Of a stretch of DNA of 64,000 nt, positions 26,801-40,599 are shown one piece after another. Position 1 is the first letter of the stretch. Each line of letters opens with the position of its first letter. The translations under genes and the position numbers were made by a program. The notes beneath the pieces were generated by a model. That model did no database searches and was not told where the DNA came from. It saw only the letters and a program-made list of their open reading frames with translations. This DNA is from Camelus dromedarius (Eukaryota), in assembly GCF_036321535.1 (NCBI RefSeq), contig NC_087436.1:3224001-3288000 (forward strand), in the 5' to 3' direction.

Positions 26801-29800
26801 GGCTTTCACACACACGTATCTCTCAGAACTGAGCATGTGGAGAGACGTTCGTTCATCTAGCACAAAGGGAACGGGTTGCAGGAGAAACTTTTACTCTGGT
26901 TTCTCAGTCTGTTTCCTACTGCTGGTTTGAAGTTCCTGCAGTTTTCACTGTAAAACAGAGTTGGAACTAGTACCTCCCCATATATATGTATGGAGTGTAG
27001 TTTGCAACTGGAAAGAAATTTGTGTTCCCAACAAGTTAGGTGAAGGACGGGTTTCATACTCACTTATCTCTAAGAACTGAGCATGTGTAGAGACGTTCGT
27101 TCATCTAGCACAAAGGGAACGGTTTGCAGGGAAAACCTTTTCTCTGGTTTCTTATTCTGTTTCCTACATCCGGTTTGAAATTCCTGCCGTTTTCACTATA
27201 AAACCGAGTTGGAAATAGTATCTCCCCATATATATGTATGGAGTGGATTTAGCAACTGACAAGAAACTTTGTGTTCCCAACAAGCTAGGAGACGGACGGC
27301 TTTCACACACACTTATCGCTCAGAACTGAGCATGTGGAGAGACGTTCGTTCATCTAGCACAAAGGGAACGGGATGCAGTGGAAATTTTACTCTGGTTTCT
27401 CAGTCTGTTTCCTAGTGCCGGTTTGAAGTTCCTGCATTTTTCACGGTAAAACCGAGTTGGAGCTAGTACCTAACCATATATATGCATGGAGTGGATTTTG
27501 CAAGTGAAAAGAAACTTTGTGTTCCCAACAAGTTGTGTGAAGGACGGCTTTCACACGCACTTATCTCTCAGAACTGAGCATGTGGAGAGACGTCCGTTTA
27601 TCTAGCACAAAGGGAACGGGTTACAGTAGTAACTTTTAATCTGTTATCTCAGTCTGTTTCCTAGTGCCGGTTTGAAGTTCCTGCAGTTTTCACTTTAAAA
27701 CCGTGTTGGAGCTAGTACCTCCCCATATATATGTATGGATTGCAGTTTGCAACTGAAAAGAAACTTTGTGTTCCCAACAAGCTAGGTGAAGGACGGCATT
27801 CACACACACTATCTCTCAGAACAGAGCATGTGGAGAGACGTTCGTTCATCTAGCACAAAGGGAACGGGTTGCAGGAGAAACTTTTACTCTGGTTTCTCAG
27901 TCTGTTTCCAAGTGCCGGTTTGACGTTCCTGCATTTTTCACTGTAAAACCGTGTTGGAGCTAGTACCTCCCCATATATATATATGGAGTGGTGTTTGCAA
28001 CTTAAAAGAAAATTTGTGTTCCCAACAAGCTAGGTGAAGGACGGCTTTCACACACACTTATGTCTCAGAACTGAGCATGTGGAGAGACGTTCGTTCATCT
28101 AGCACAAATGGAACGGTTTGCAAGAGAAACTTTTTCTCTGGTTTCTCAGTCTGTTTCCTAGTGCCGGTTTGAAGTTCCTGCATTTTTCACGGTAAAACCG
28201 TGTTGGAGCTAGTACCTCCCCATATATATGTATGGAGTGGAGTTTGCAACTGAAAAGAAACTTTGTGTTCCCAACAAGCTAGGTCCAGGACGGCTTTCAC
28301 ACACACTTATCTCTCAGAAATGAGCATGTGGAGAGACGTTCGTTCATCTAGCACAAAGGGAACGGTTTTCAGGAGAAACTTTTAATCTGGTATCTCAGTC
28401 TGTTTCCTAGTGCCGGTTTGAAGTTCCTGCAGTATTCACTGTAAATCAGAGTTGGAGCTAGTAACTCCCCATATAAATGTATGGAGTGAAGTTTGCAACT
28501 GAAAAGAAACTTTGTGTTCCCAACAACGTAGGTAAAAGACAGCTTTCACACACACTTATCTCTCAGAACTGAGCATGTGGAGAGGCGTTCGTTCATCTAG
28601 CAAAAAGGGAACGGGTTGCAGGAGAAACTTTCACTCTGGATTCTCAGTCTGTTTCCTAGTGCCGGTTTGAAGTTCCTGCAATTTTCACTGTAAAACAGAG
28701 TTGGAGCTAGTACCTCCCCATATATATGTATGGAGTGGAGTTTGCACCTGAAAAGAAACTTTGTGTTCCCAACAAGCTATGTGAAGGACGGCTTTCACAG
28801 ACACTTATCTCTCAGAACTGAGCATGTGGAGAGACGTTTGTTCATCTAGCACAAAGGGAATGGATTGCAGGATAAACTTTTACTCTGGTTTCTCAGTCTG
28901 TTTCCTAGTGCCGGTTTGAAGTTCCTGCAGTTTTCACTGTAAAACCGAGTTGGAGCTAGTACCTCCCCATATATATGTATGGAGTGGAGGTTGCAACTGA
29001 AAAGAAACTTTGTGTTCCCAACAAGCTAGGTGAAGTACGGCTTTCACACACACTTCTCTCTCAGAACTGATCATGTGGAGAGACGTTCGTTCATCTAGCA
29101 CAAAAGGAACGGGTTGCAGGAGAAACTTTTACTCTGGTTTCTCAGTCTGTTTCCTAGTGCCGGTTTGAAGTTCCTGCAGTTTTCACTGTAAAACGGTTTT
29201 GGAGCTAATACCTCCCCATATATATATATGGAGTGGAGTTTGAAAGTGAAAAGAAACTTTGTGTTCTCAACAAGCTATTTGAAGGACGGCTTTCACACAC
29301 ACTTATCTCTCAGAACTGAGCATGTGGAGAGACGTTCGTTCATCTAGCACAAAGGGAACGGGTTGCAGGAGAAACTTTTACTCTGGTTTCTCAGTCTGTT
29401 TCCTACTGCTGGTTTGAAGTTCCTGCAGTTTTCACTGTAAAACAGAGTTAGAACTAGTACCTCCCCATATATATGTATGGAGTGTAGTTTGCAACTGGAA
29501 AGAAATTTGTGTTCCCAACAAGTTAGGTGAAGGACGGGTTTCATACTCACTTATCTCTAAGAACTGAGCATGTGTAGAGACGTTCGTTCATCTAGCACAA
29601 AGGGAACGGTTTGCAGGGAAAACCTTTTCTCTGGTTTCTTATTCTGTTTCCTACATCCGGTTTGAAATTCCTGCAGTTTTCACTATGAAACCGAGTTGGA
29701 AATAGTATCTCCCCATATATATGTATGGAGTGGATTTAGCAACTGACAAGAAACTTTGTGTTCCCAACAAGCTAGGAGACGGACGGCTTTAACACACACT

Positions 29801-32800
29801 TATCGCTCAGAACTGAGCATGTGGAGAGACGTTCGTTCATCTAGCACAAAGGGAACGGGTTGCAGGAGAAACTTTTACTCTGGTTTCTCAGTCTGTTTCC
29901 TAGTGCCGGTTTGAAGTTCCTGCAGTTTTCACTGTAAAAGCGATTTGGAGCTTGTACCTACCCATAAATATGTATGGAGTGGAGTTTGCAACTGAAAAGA
30001 TACTTTGTGTTCCCAAAAAGTTAGGTGAAGGACGGCTTTCACACACATTTATTTCTCAGAACTGAGCATGTGGAGAGACGTTCGTTCATCTAGCACAAAG
30101 GGAACGGGTTGCAGGAGAAACTTTTACTCTGGTTTCTCAGTCTGTTTCCTAGTGCCGGATTGAATTTCCTGCAGTTTTCACTGTAAAACCGAGTTGGAGA
30201 TAGTACCTCCCCATATATATATATATGGAGTAGAGTTTGCAACAGAAAAGAATCTTTGTGTTCCCAACAATCTAGGTGAAGGACGGCATTCACACACACT
30301 TATCTCTCAGAATTGAGCAAGTGGATAGACGTTCGTTCATCTAGCACAAATGGAACGGGTTGCAGGAGAAACATTTTCTCTGGTTTCTCAGTCTGTTTCC
30401 TAGTGCCGGTTTGAAGTTCCTGCAGTTTTCACTGTAAAACCGAGTTGGAGCTACTACCTCCCCATATATATGTATGGATTGGAGTTTGCAACAGAAAAGA
30501 AACTTTGTGTTCCCAAGAAGCTAGGTGAAGGATGGCTTTCACACACACTTATCTCTCAGAACTGAGCATGTGGAGAGACGTTCGTTCATCTAGCACAAAG
30601 GGAACGGGTTGCAGGAGAAACTATTACTCTGGTTTCTCAGTCTGTTTCCTAGTGCCGGTTTGAAGTTCCTGCAGTTTTCACTGTAAAACCGAGTTGCAGC
30701 TAGTACCTCCCCATATATATGTATGGAGTGGAGTTTGCAAGTGAAAAGAAACTTTGTGTTCCCAACAAGCTATGTGAAGGACGGCTTTCACACACATTTA
30801 CCTTTCAGAACTGAGCATGTGGAGAGACGTTCGTTTCTAGCACAAAGGGAACGGGTTGCAGGAGAAAATTTTTCTCTGGTTTCTCAGTCTGTTTCCTAGT
30901 GCCGGTTTGAAGTTCCTGCAGTTTTCACTGTAAAACCGAGTTGGAGCTAGTACCTCCCCATATATATGTATGGATTGGAGTTTCCAACTGAAAAGAAACT
31001 TTGTGTTCCCAACAAGCTAGGTGAAGGACGGCTTACACACACACTTATCTCTCAGAACTGATCATGTGGAGAGACGTTCGTTCATCTAGCACAAAGGGAA
31101 CGTTTTGCAGGAGAAACTTTTACTCTGGTATCTCAGTCTGTTTCCTAGTGCCGGTTTGAAGTTCGTGCAGTTTTCACTTTAAAACCGAGTTGGAGCTAGT
31201 ACCTCCCCATATATATGTATGGATTGCAGTTTGCAACTGAAAAGAAACTTTGTGTTCCCAACAAGCTAGGTGAAGGACGGCATTCACACACACTATCTCT
31301 CAGAACAGAGCATGTGGAGAGACGTTCGTTCATCTAGCACAAAGGGAACGGTTTGCAGGAGAAACTTTTACTCTGGTTTCTCAGTCTGTTTCCAAGTGCC
31401 GGTTTGAAGTTCCTGCATTTTTCACTGTAAAACCGTGTTGGAGCTAGTACCTCCCCATATATATGTATGGAGTGGTGTTTGCAACTTAAAAGAAACTTTG
31501 TGTCCCCAACAAGCTAGGTGAAGGACGGCTTTCACACACACTTATGTCTCAGAACTGAGCATGTGGAGAGACGTTCGTTCATCTAGCACTAATGGAACGG
31601 TTTGCAAGAGAAATTTTACTCTGGTTTTTCAGTCTGTTTCCTAGTGCCGGTTTGAAGTTCCTGCATTTTTCACGGTAAAACCTTGTTGGAGCTAGTACCA
31701 CCCCATGTATATGTATGGAGTGGAGTTTGCAACTGAAAAAAAACTTTGTGTTCCCAACAAGCTAGGTGTAGGACGGTTTTCACACACACGTATCTCTCAG
31801 AACTGAGCATGTGGAGAGACGTTCGTTCATCTAGCACAAAGGGAACGGTTTGCAGGAGAAACTTTTAATCTGGTATCTCAGTCTGTTTCCTAGTACCGGT
31901 TTGAAGTTCCTGCAGTTTTCACTGTGAAATCGAGTTGGATCTAGTAAATCCCCATAAATATGTATGGAGTGGAGTTTGCAACTGAAAAGATACTTTGTGT
32001 TCCCAAAAAGCTAGGTGAAGGACGGCTTTCACACACACTTATTTCTCAGAACTGAGCATGTGGAGAGACTTTCGTTCATCTAGCACAAAGGGAAAGGGTT
32101 GCAGGAGAAACTTTTACTCTGGTTTCTCAGTCTGTTTCCTATTGCCCTTTTGATGTTCCTGCAGTATTCACTGTAAAACAGAGTTGGAGCTAGTACCTCC
32201 CCATATAAATGTATGGAGTGGAGTTTGCAACTGAAAAGAAACTTTGTGTTCCCAACAACGTAGGTAAAAGACAGCTTTCACACACACTTATCTCTCAGAA
32301 CTGAGCATGTGGAGAGACGTTAGTTCATCTAGCAAAAAGGGAACGGGTAACAGGAGAAACTTTCACTCTGGATTCTCAGTCTGTTTCCTAGTGCCGGTTT
32401 GAAGTTCCTGCAGTTTTCACTGTAAAACAGAGTTGGAGCTAGTACCTCCCCATATATATGTATGGATTGGAGTTTGCAAGTGAAAAGAAACTTTGTGTTC
32501 CCAACAAGCTAGGTGAAGGACGGCTTTCACAGACACTTATCTCTCAGAACTGAGCATGTGGAGAGACGTTCGTTCATCTAGCACAAAGGGAATGGATTGC
32601 AGGAGAAACTAATGCTCTGGTTTCTCAGTCTGTTTCCTAGTGCCGGTTTGAAGTTCCTGCAGTTTTCACTGTAAAACCGAGTTGGATCTAGTACCTCCCC
32701 ATATATATGTATGGAGTGGAGGTTGCAACTGAAAGAAACTTTGTGTTCCCAACAAGCTAGGTGAAGTACGGCTTTCACACACACTTCTCTCTCAGAACTG

Positions 32801-33800
32801 ATCATGTGGAGAGACGTTCGTTCATCTAGCAAAAAAGGAACGGGTTGCAGGAGAAACTTTTACTCTGGTTTCTCAGTCTGTTTCCTAGTGCCGGTTTGAA
32901 GTTCCTGCAGTTTTCACTGTAAAACCGAGTTGGTGCTAGTACCTCCCCATATATATGTATGGAGTGGAGTTTGCAACTGAAAAGAAACTTTTTGTTCCTA
33001 ACAAGCTAGGTGAAGGACGGCTTTCACACACACTTATCTCTCAGAACTGAGCATGTGGTGAGACGTTCGTTCATCTAGCACAAAGGAACGGGTTGCAAGA
33101 GAAACTTTTACTCTGGTTTCTCAGTCTGTTTCCTAGTGCCGGTTTGAAGTTCTTGCATTTTTCACTGTAAAACCGTTTTGGAGTTAATACCTCCCCATAT
33201 ATATGTATGGAGTGGAGTTTGAAAGTGAAAAGAAACTTTGTGTTCTCAACAAGCTACTTGAAGGACGGCTTTCACACACACGTATCTCTCAGAATTGAGC
33301 ATGTGGAGAGACGTTCGTTCATCTAGCACAAAGGGAACGGGTTGCAGGAGAAACTTTTACTCTGGTTTCTCAGTCTGTTTCCTACTGCTGGTTTGAAGTT
33401 CCTGCAGTTTTCACTGTAAAACAGAGTTGGAACTAGTACCTCCCCATATATATGTATGGAGTGTAGTTTGCAACTGGAAAGAAATTTGTGTTCCCAACAA
33501 GTTAGGTGAAGGACGGGTTTCATACTCACTTATCTCTAAGAACTTAGCATGTGTAGAGACGTTCGTTCATCTAGCACAAAGGGAACGGTTTGCAGGGAAA
33601 ACCTTTTCTCTGGTTTCTTATTCTGTTTCCTACATCCGGTTTGAAATTCCTGCCGTTTTCACTATAAAACCGAGTTGGAAATAGTATCTCCCCATATATA
33701 TGTATGGAGTGGATTTAGCAACTGACAAGAAACTTTGTGTTCCCAACAAGCTAGGAGACGGACGGCTTTCACACACACTTATCGCTCAGAACTGAGCATG
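20880..33800 (+). repeat. Tandem duplication of a ~6,467-bp (26-monomer) block
   Basis: 'gatgcagtggaaatttt' occurs at 20904 and 27372 (offset 6,468). 'tgccgttttcactataaaa' occurs at ~27185 and ~33651, and ORFs 26857/33323 are offset by 6,466. Confidence 0.85.
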
Positions 33801-36800
33801 TGGAGAGACGTTCGTTCATCTAGCACAAAGGGAACGGGTTGCAGGAGAAACTTTTACTCTGGTTTCTCAGTCTGTTTCCTAGTGCCGGTTTGAAGTTCCT
33901 GTAGTTTTCACTGTAAAAGCGAGTTGGAGCTTGTACCTACCCATAAATATGTATGGAGTGGAGTTTGCAACTGAAAAGATACTTTGTGTTCCCAAAAAGG
34001 TAGGTGAAGGACGGCTTTCACACACACTTATTTCTCAGAACTGAGCATGTGGAGAGACGTTCGTTCATCTAGCACAAAGGGAACGGGTTGCAGGAGAAAC
34101 TTTTACTATGGTTTCTCAGTCTGTTTCCTAGTGCCGGATTGAATTTCCTGCAGTTTTCACTGTAAAACCGAGTTGGAGCTAGTACCTCCCCATATATATA
34201 TATATGGAGTAGAATTTGCAACTGAAAAGAATCTTTGTGTTCCCAACAATCTAGGTGAAGGACGGCATTCACACACACTTATCTCTCAGAATTGAGCAAG
34301 TGGAGAGACGTTCGTTCATCTAGCACAAAGGGAACGGGTTGCAGGAGAAACATTTTCTCTGGTTTCTCAGTCTGTTTCCTAGTGCCGGTTTGAAGTTCCT
34401 GCAGTTTTCACTGTAAACCGAGTTGGAGCTAGTACCTCCCCATATATATGTATGGATTGGAGTTTGCAACTGAAAAGAAACTTTGTGTTCCCAAGAAGCT
34501 AGGTGAAGGACGGCTTTCACACACACTTATCTCTCAGAACTGAGCATGTGGAGAGACGTTCGTTCATCTAGCACAAAGGGAACGGGTTGCAGGAGAAACT
34601 TTTACTCTGGTTTCTCAGTCTGTTTCCTAGTGCCGGTTTGAAGTTCCTGCAGTTTTCACTGTAAAACCGAGTTGGAGCTAGGACTTCCCCATATATATAT
34701 GCAGTGGAGTTTGCAAGTGAAAAGAATCTTTGTGTTCCCAACAAGCTATGTGAAGGACGGCTTTCACACACATTTACCTTTCAGAACTGAGCATGTGGAG
34801 AGAAGTTCGTTTCTAGCACAAAGGGAACGGGTTGCAGGAGAAAATTTTTCTCTGGTTTCTCAGTCTGTTTCCTAGTGCCGGTTTGAAATTCCTGCAGTTT
34901 TCACTGTAAAACCGAGTTGGAGCTAATACCTCCCCATATATATGTATGGATTGGAGTTTCCAACTGAAAAGAAACTTTGTGTTCCCAACAAGCTAGGTGA
35001 AGGACGGCTTTCACACACACTTATCTCTCAGAACTGATCATGTGGAGAGACTTTCGTTCATCTAGCACAAAGGGAACGGGTTGCAAGAGAAACTTTTACT
35101 CTGGTTTCTCAGTCTGTTTCCTAGTGCCGGTTTGAAGTTCCTGCAGTTTTCACTGTAAAACCGTGTTGGAGCTACAACCTCCCCATATATATGTATGGAG
35201 TGGAGTTTGCAAGTGAAAAGAAACTTTGTGTTCTCAACAAGCTTGTTGAAGGACGGCTTTCACACACTCTTATCTCTCAGAAATGAGCATGTGGAGAGAC
35301 GTTCGTTCATCTAGCACAAAGGGAACGGGTTGCAGGAGAAACTTTTACTCTGGTTTCTCAGTCTGTTTCCTAGTGCCGGTTTAAAGTTCCTGCAGTTTTC
35401 ACTGTAAAATCGAGTTGGATCTAGTAAATCCCCATAAATATGTATGGAGTGGAGTTTGCAACTGAAAAGATACTTTGTGTTCCCAAAAAGCTAGGTGAAG
35501 GACGGCTTTCACACACACTTATTTCTCAGAACTGAGCATGTGGAGAGACTTTCGTTCATCTAGCACAAAGGGAAAGGGTTGCAGGAGAAACTTTTACTCT
35601 GGTTTCTCAGTCTGTTTCCTATTGCCCTTTTGATGTTCCTGCAGTATTCACTGTAAAACAGAGTTGGAGCTAGTACCTCCCCATATAAATGTATGGAGTG
35701 GAGTTTGCAACTGAAAAGAAACTTTGTGTTCCCAACAACGTAGGTAAAAGACAGCTTTCACACACACTTATCTCTCAGAACTGAGCATGTGGAGAGACGT
35801 TAGTTCATCTAGCAAAAAGGGAACGGGTAACAGGAGAAACTTTCACTCTGGATTCTCAGTCTGTTTCCTAGTGCCGGTTTGAAGTTCCTGCAGTTTTCAC
35901 TGTAAAACAGAGTTGGAGCTAGTACCTCCCCATATATATGTATGGATTGGAGTTTGCAAGTGAAAAGAAACTTTGTGTTCCCAACAAGCTAGGTGAAGGA
36001 CGGCTTTCACAGACACTTATCTCTCAGAACTGAGCATGTGGAGAGACGTTCGTTCATCTAGCACAAAGGGAATGGATTGCAGGAGAAACTAATGCTCTGG
36101 TTTCTCAGTCTGTTTCCTAGTGCCGGTTTGAAGTTCCTGCAGTTTTCACTGTAAAACCGAGTTGGATCTAGTACCTCCAAATATATATGTATGGAGTGGA
36201 GGTTGCAACTGAAAGAAACTTTGTGTTCCCAACAAGCTAGGTGAAGTACGGCTTTCACACACACTTCTCTCTCAGAACTGATCATGTGGAGAGACGTTCG
36301 TTCATCTAGCACAAAAGGAACGGGTTGCAGGAGAAACTTTTACTCTGGTTTCTCAGTCTGTTTCCTAGTGCCGGTTTGAAGTTCCTGCAGTTTTCACTGT
36401 AAAACCGAGTTGGTGCTAGTACCTCCCCATATATATGTATGGAGTGGAGTTTGCAACTGAAAAGAAACTTTTTGTTCCTAACAAGCTAGGTGAAGGACGG
36501 CTTTCACACACACTTATCTCTCAGAACTGAGCATGAGGAGAGACGTTCGTTCATCTAGCACAAAGGAACGGGTTGCAAGAGAAACTTTTACTCTGGTTTC
36601 TCAGTCTGTTTCCTAGTGCCGGTTTGAAGTTCTTGCATTTTTCACTGTAAAACCGTTTTGGAGTTAATACCTCCCCATATATATGTATGGAGTGGAGTTT
36701 GAAAGTGAAAAGAAACTTTGTGTTCTCAACAAGCTACTTGAAGGACGGCTTTCACACACACGTATCTCTCAGAATTGAGCATGTGGAGAGACGTTCGTTC

Positions 36801-38883
36801 ATCTAGCACAAAGGGAACGGGTTGCAGGAGAAACATTTACTCTGGTTTCTCAGTCTGTTTCCTACTGCTGGTTTGAAGTTCCAGCAGTTTTCACTGTAAA
36901 ACAGAGTTGGAACTAGTACCTCCCCATATATATGTATGGAGTGTAGTTTGCAACTGGAAAGAAATTTGTGTTCCCAACAAGTTAGGTGAAGGACGGGTTT
37001 CATACTCACTTATCTCTAAGAACTTAGCATGTGTAGAGACGTTCGTTCATCTAGCACAAAGGGAACGGTTTGCAGGGAAAACCTTTTCTCTGCTTTCTTA
37101 TTCTGTTTCCTACATCCGGTTTGAAATTCCTGCCGTTTTCACTATAAAACCGAGTTGGAAATAGTATCTCCCCATATATATGTATGGAGTGGATTTAGCA
37201 ACTGACAAGAAACTTTGTGTTCCCAACAAGCTAGGAGACGGACGGCTTTCACACACACTTATCGCTCAGAACTGAGCATGTGGAGAGACGTTCGTTCATC
37301 TAGCACAAAGGGAACGGGTTGCAGGAGAAACTTTTACTCTGGTTTCTCAGTCTGTTTCCTAGTGCCGGTTTGAAGTTCCTGTAGATTTCACTGTAAAAGC
37401 GAGTTGGAGCTTGTACCTACCCATAAATATGTATGGAGTGGAGTTTGCAACTGAAAAGATACTTTGTGTTCCCAAAAAGGTAGGTGAAGGACGGCTTTCA
37501 CACACACTTATTTCTCAGAACTGAGCATGTGGAGAGACGTTCGTTCATCTAGCACAAAGGGAACGGGTTGCAGGAGAAACTTTTACTATGGTTTCTCAGT
37601 CTGTTTCCTAGTGCCGGATTGAATTTCCTGCAGTTTTCACTGTAAAACCGAGTTGGAGCTAGTACCTCCCCATATATATATATATGGAGTAGAATTTGCA
37701 ACTGAAAAGAATCTTTGTGTTCCCAACAATCTAGGTGAAGGACGGCATTCACACACAATTATCTCTCAGAATTGAGCAAGTGGAGAGACGTTCGTTCATC
37801 TAGCACAAAGGGAACGGGTTGCAGGAGAAACATTTTCTCTGGTTTCTCAGTCTGTTTCCTAGTGCCGGTTTGAAGTTCCTGCAGTTTTCACTGTAAACCG
37901 AGTTGGAGCTAGTACCTCCCCATATATATGTATGGATTGGAGTTTGCAACTGAAAAGAAACTTTGTGTTCCCAGGAAGCTAGGTGAAGGACGGCTTTCAC
38001 ACACACTTATCTCTCAGAACTGAGCATGTGGAGAGACGTTCGTTCATCTAGCACAAAGGGAACGGGTTGCAGGAGAAACTTTTACTCTGGTTTCTCAGTC
38101 TGTTTCCTAGTGCCGGTTTGAAGTTCCTGCAGTTTTCACTGTAAAACCGAGTTGGAGCTAGGACTTCCCCATATATATATGCAGTGGAGTTTGCAAGTGA
38201 AAAGAATCTTTGTGTTCCCAAAAAGCTATGTGAAGGACGGCTTTCACACACATTTACCTTTCAGAACTGAGCATGTGGAGAGAAGTTCGTTTCTAGCACA
38301 AAGGGAACGGGTTGCAGGAGAAAATTTTTCTCTGGTTTCTCAGTCTGTTTCCTAGTGCCGGTTTGAAATTCCTGCAGTTTTCACTGTAAAACCGAGTTGG
38401 AGCTAATACCTCCCCATATATATGTATGGATTGGAGTTTCCAACTGAAAAGAAACTTTGTGTTCCCAACAAGCTAGGTGAAGGACGGCTTTCACACACAC
38501 TTATCTCTCAGAACTGATCATGTGGAGAGACTTTCGTTCATCTAGCACAAAGGGAACGGGTTGCAAGAGAAACTTTTACTCTGGTTTCTCAGTCTGTTTC
38601 CTAGTGCCGGTTTGAAGTTCCTGCAGTTTTCACTGTAAAACCGTGTTGGAGCTACAACCTCCCCATATATATGTATGGAGTGGAGTTTGCAAGTGAAAAG
38701 AAACTTTGTGTTCTCAACAAGCTTGTTGAAGGACGGCTTTCACACACTCTTATCTCTCAGAAATGAGCATGTGGAGAGACGTTCGTTCATCTAGCACAAA
38801 GGGAACGGGTTGCAGGAGAAACTTTTACTCTGGTTTCTCAGTCTGTTTCCTAGTGCCGGTTTAAAGTTCCTGCAGTTTTCACT
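31920..38883 (+). repeat. Tandem duplication of a 14-monomer unit (3,480 bp x2)
   Basis: ORF pairs 32578/36058, 33323/36803, 34069/37549, 34320/37800 and 34568/38048 are all offset by exactly 3,480 and differ by few SNPs. The chimeric junction is at ~35,400. Confidence 0.93.
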
Positions 38884-40599
38884 TTAAAACCGAGTTGGAG
38901 CTAGTACCTCCCCATATATATGTATGGAGTGGAGTTTGCAACTGAAAAGAAACTTTGTGTTCCCAACAAGCTAGGTGAAGGACGGCTTTCACACACAATT
39001 ATCTCTCAAAACTGAGCATGTGGAGAGACGTTCGTTCATCTAGCACAAAAGGAACGGGTTGCAGGAGAAACGTTTACTCTGGTTTCTCAGTCTGTTTCCT
39101 AGTGCCGGTTTGAAGTTCCTGCAGTTTTCACTGTAAAACAGAGTTGGAGCTTGTACCTCCCCATATATATGTATGGAGTGGAGTTTGCAACTGAAAAGAA
39201 ACTTTGTGTTCCCAACAAGCTAGGTGAAGGACGGCTTTCATACTCACATATCTCTCAGAACTGAGCATTTGTATAGACGTTCGTTCATCTAGCACAAAGG
39301 GAACGGGTTGCAGGGGAAACTTTTACTCTGGTTTCTTAGTCTGTTTCCTAATTCCGGTTTGAAATTCCTGCAGTTTTCACTGTAAAACCGAGTTGGAGCT
39401 AGTACCACCCCATATATATGTATGGAGTGGAGTTTGCTACTGTAAAGTAACTTTGTGTTCCCAACAACCTAGGAGAAGGACGGCTTTCACACACACTTAT
39501 CGCTCAGAACTGAGCATGTGGAGAGACGTTCGTTCATCTAGCACAAAGGGAACGGGTTGCAGGAGAAACTTTTACTCTGGATTCTCAGTCTGTTTCCTAG
39601 TACCGGTTTGAAGTTCCTGCAGTATTCATTGTAAAACAGAGTTTGAGCTATTACATCCCCATATATATGTATGGAGAGGAATTTGCAACTGAAAAGAAAG
39701 TTTGTGTTCGAAACAAGCTAGGTGAAGGACGGCTTTCACACACACTTATCGCTCAGAACTGAGCATGTGGAGAGACGTTCGTTCATCTAGCACAAATGAA
39801 ACGGTTAGCAGGAGAAACTCCTACTCTCTTTTCCCAGTCTGTTTCCTAGTGCTGATTTGAAGTACCTGCAGTTTTCACTGTAAAACCGAGTTGGAGCTAG
39901 TACCTACCCATATATATGTATGGATTGGAGTTTGCAAGTGAAAAGAATCTTTGTCTTCCAAACAAGCTAGGTAAAGAAAGGCTTTCACACAGAATTATCT
40001 CTCAGAACTGAGCATGTGGAGAGACGTTCGTTCATCTAGCACAAAGGGAACGGGTTGCAGGAGAAACTATTACTCCGGTTTCCCAGTCTGTTTCCTAGTG
40101 CCGATTTGAATTTCCTGCAGTTTTCACTGTAAAACCGAGTTGGAGCTAGTACCTACCAATATATATGTATGGATTGGAGTTTGCAAGTGAAAAGAAACTT
40201 TGTGTTCCCAACAAGCTAGGTGAAGGACGGCTTTCACACACACTTATCTCTCAGAACTGAGCATGTGGAGAGACGTTCGTTCATCTAGCAAAAAGGGAAC
40301 GGGTTGCAGGAGAAACTTTTACTCTGGTTTCTCAGTCTGTTTCCTAATGCCGGTTTGAAATTCCTGCAGGTTTCACTGTAAAACCGTGTTGGAGCTAGTA
40401 CCTCCCCATATATATATATGGAGTGGTGTTTGCAACTTAAAAGAAACTTTGTGTTCCCAACAAGCTAGGTGAAGGACGGCTTTCACACACACTTATATCT
40501 CAGAACTGAGCATGTGGAGACACATTCGTTCATCTAGCACAAATGGAACGGTTTGCAAGAGAAACTTTTATTCTGGTTTCTCAGTCTGTTTCCTAGTGC

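Larger units (their letters stand above)
20860..38885 (+). repeat. Satellite sub-family domain 2: based on a ~16-monomer (~3,979 bp) higher-order repeat with truncated variants
   Basis: The marker monomer 'ctactgctgg...cgggtttcatactc' (ORF 'MSMKPV') falls at 23126, 26857, 29344, 33323 and 36803, giving spacings of 3731, 2487, 3979 and 3480 bp (15, 10, 16 and 14 monomers). It is always followed by the 'ctacatccgg...ggatttagcaactgacaag' monomer. Confidence 0.9.

Noticed and set aside
31920..38883. Near-identical tandem copies as pure assembly artefacts
   Set aside because: Copies differ by several SNPs (e.g. 'cctccaaata' ~36175, 'ccagcag' ~36881, 'gtagatt' 37381) and have coherent chimeric junction monomers, which favours real duplications. 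Haplotype mis-joining cannot be fully excluded without reads.
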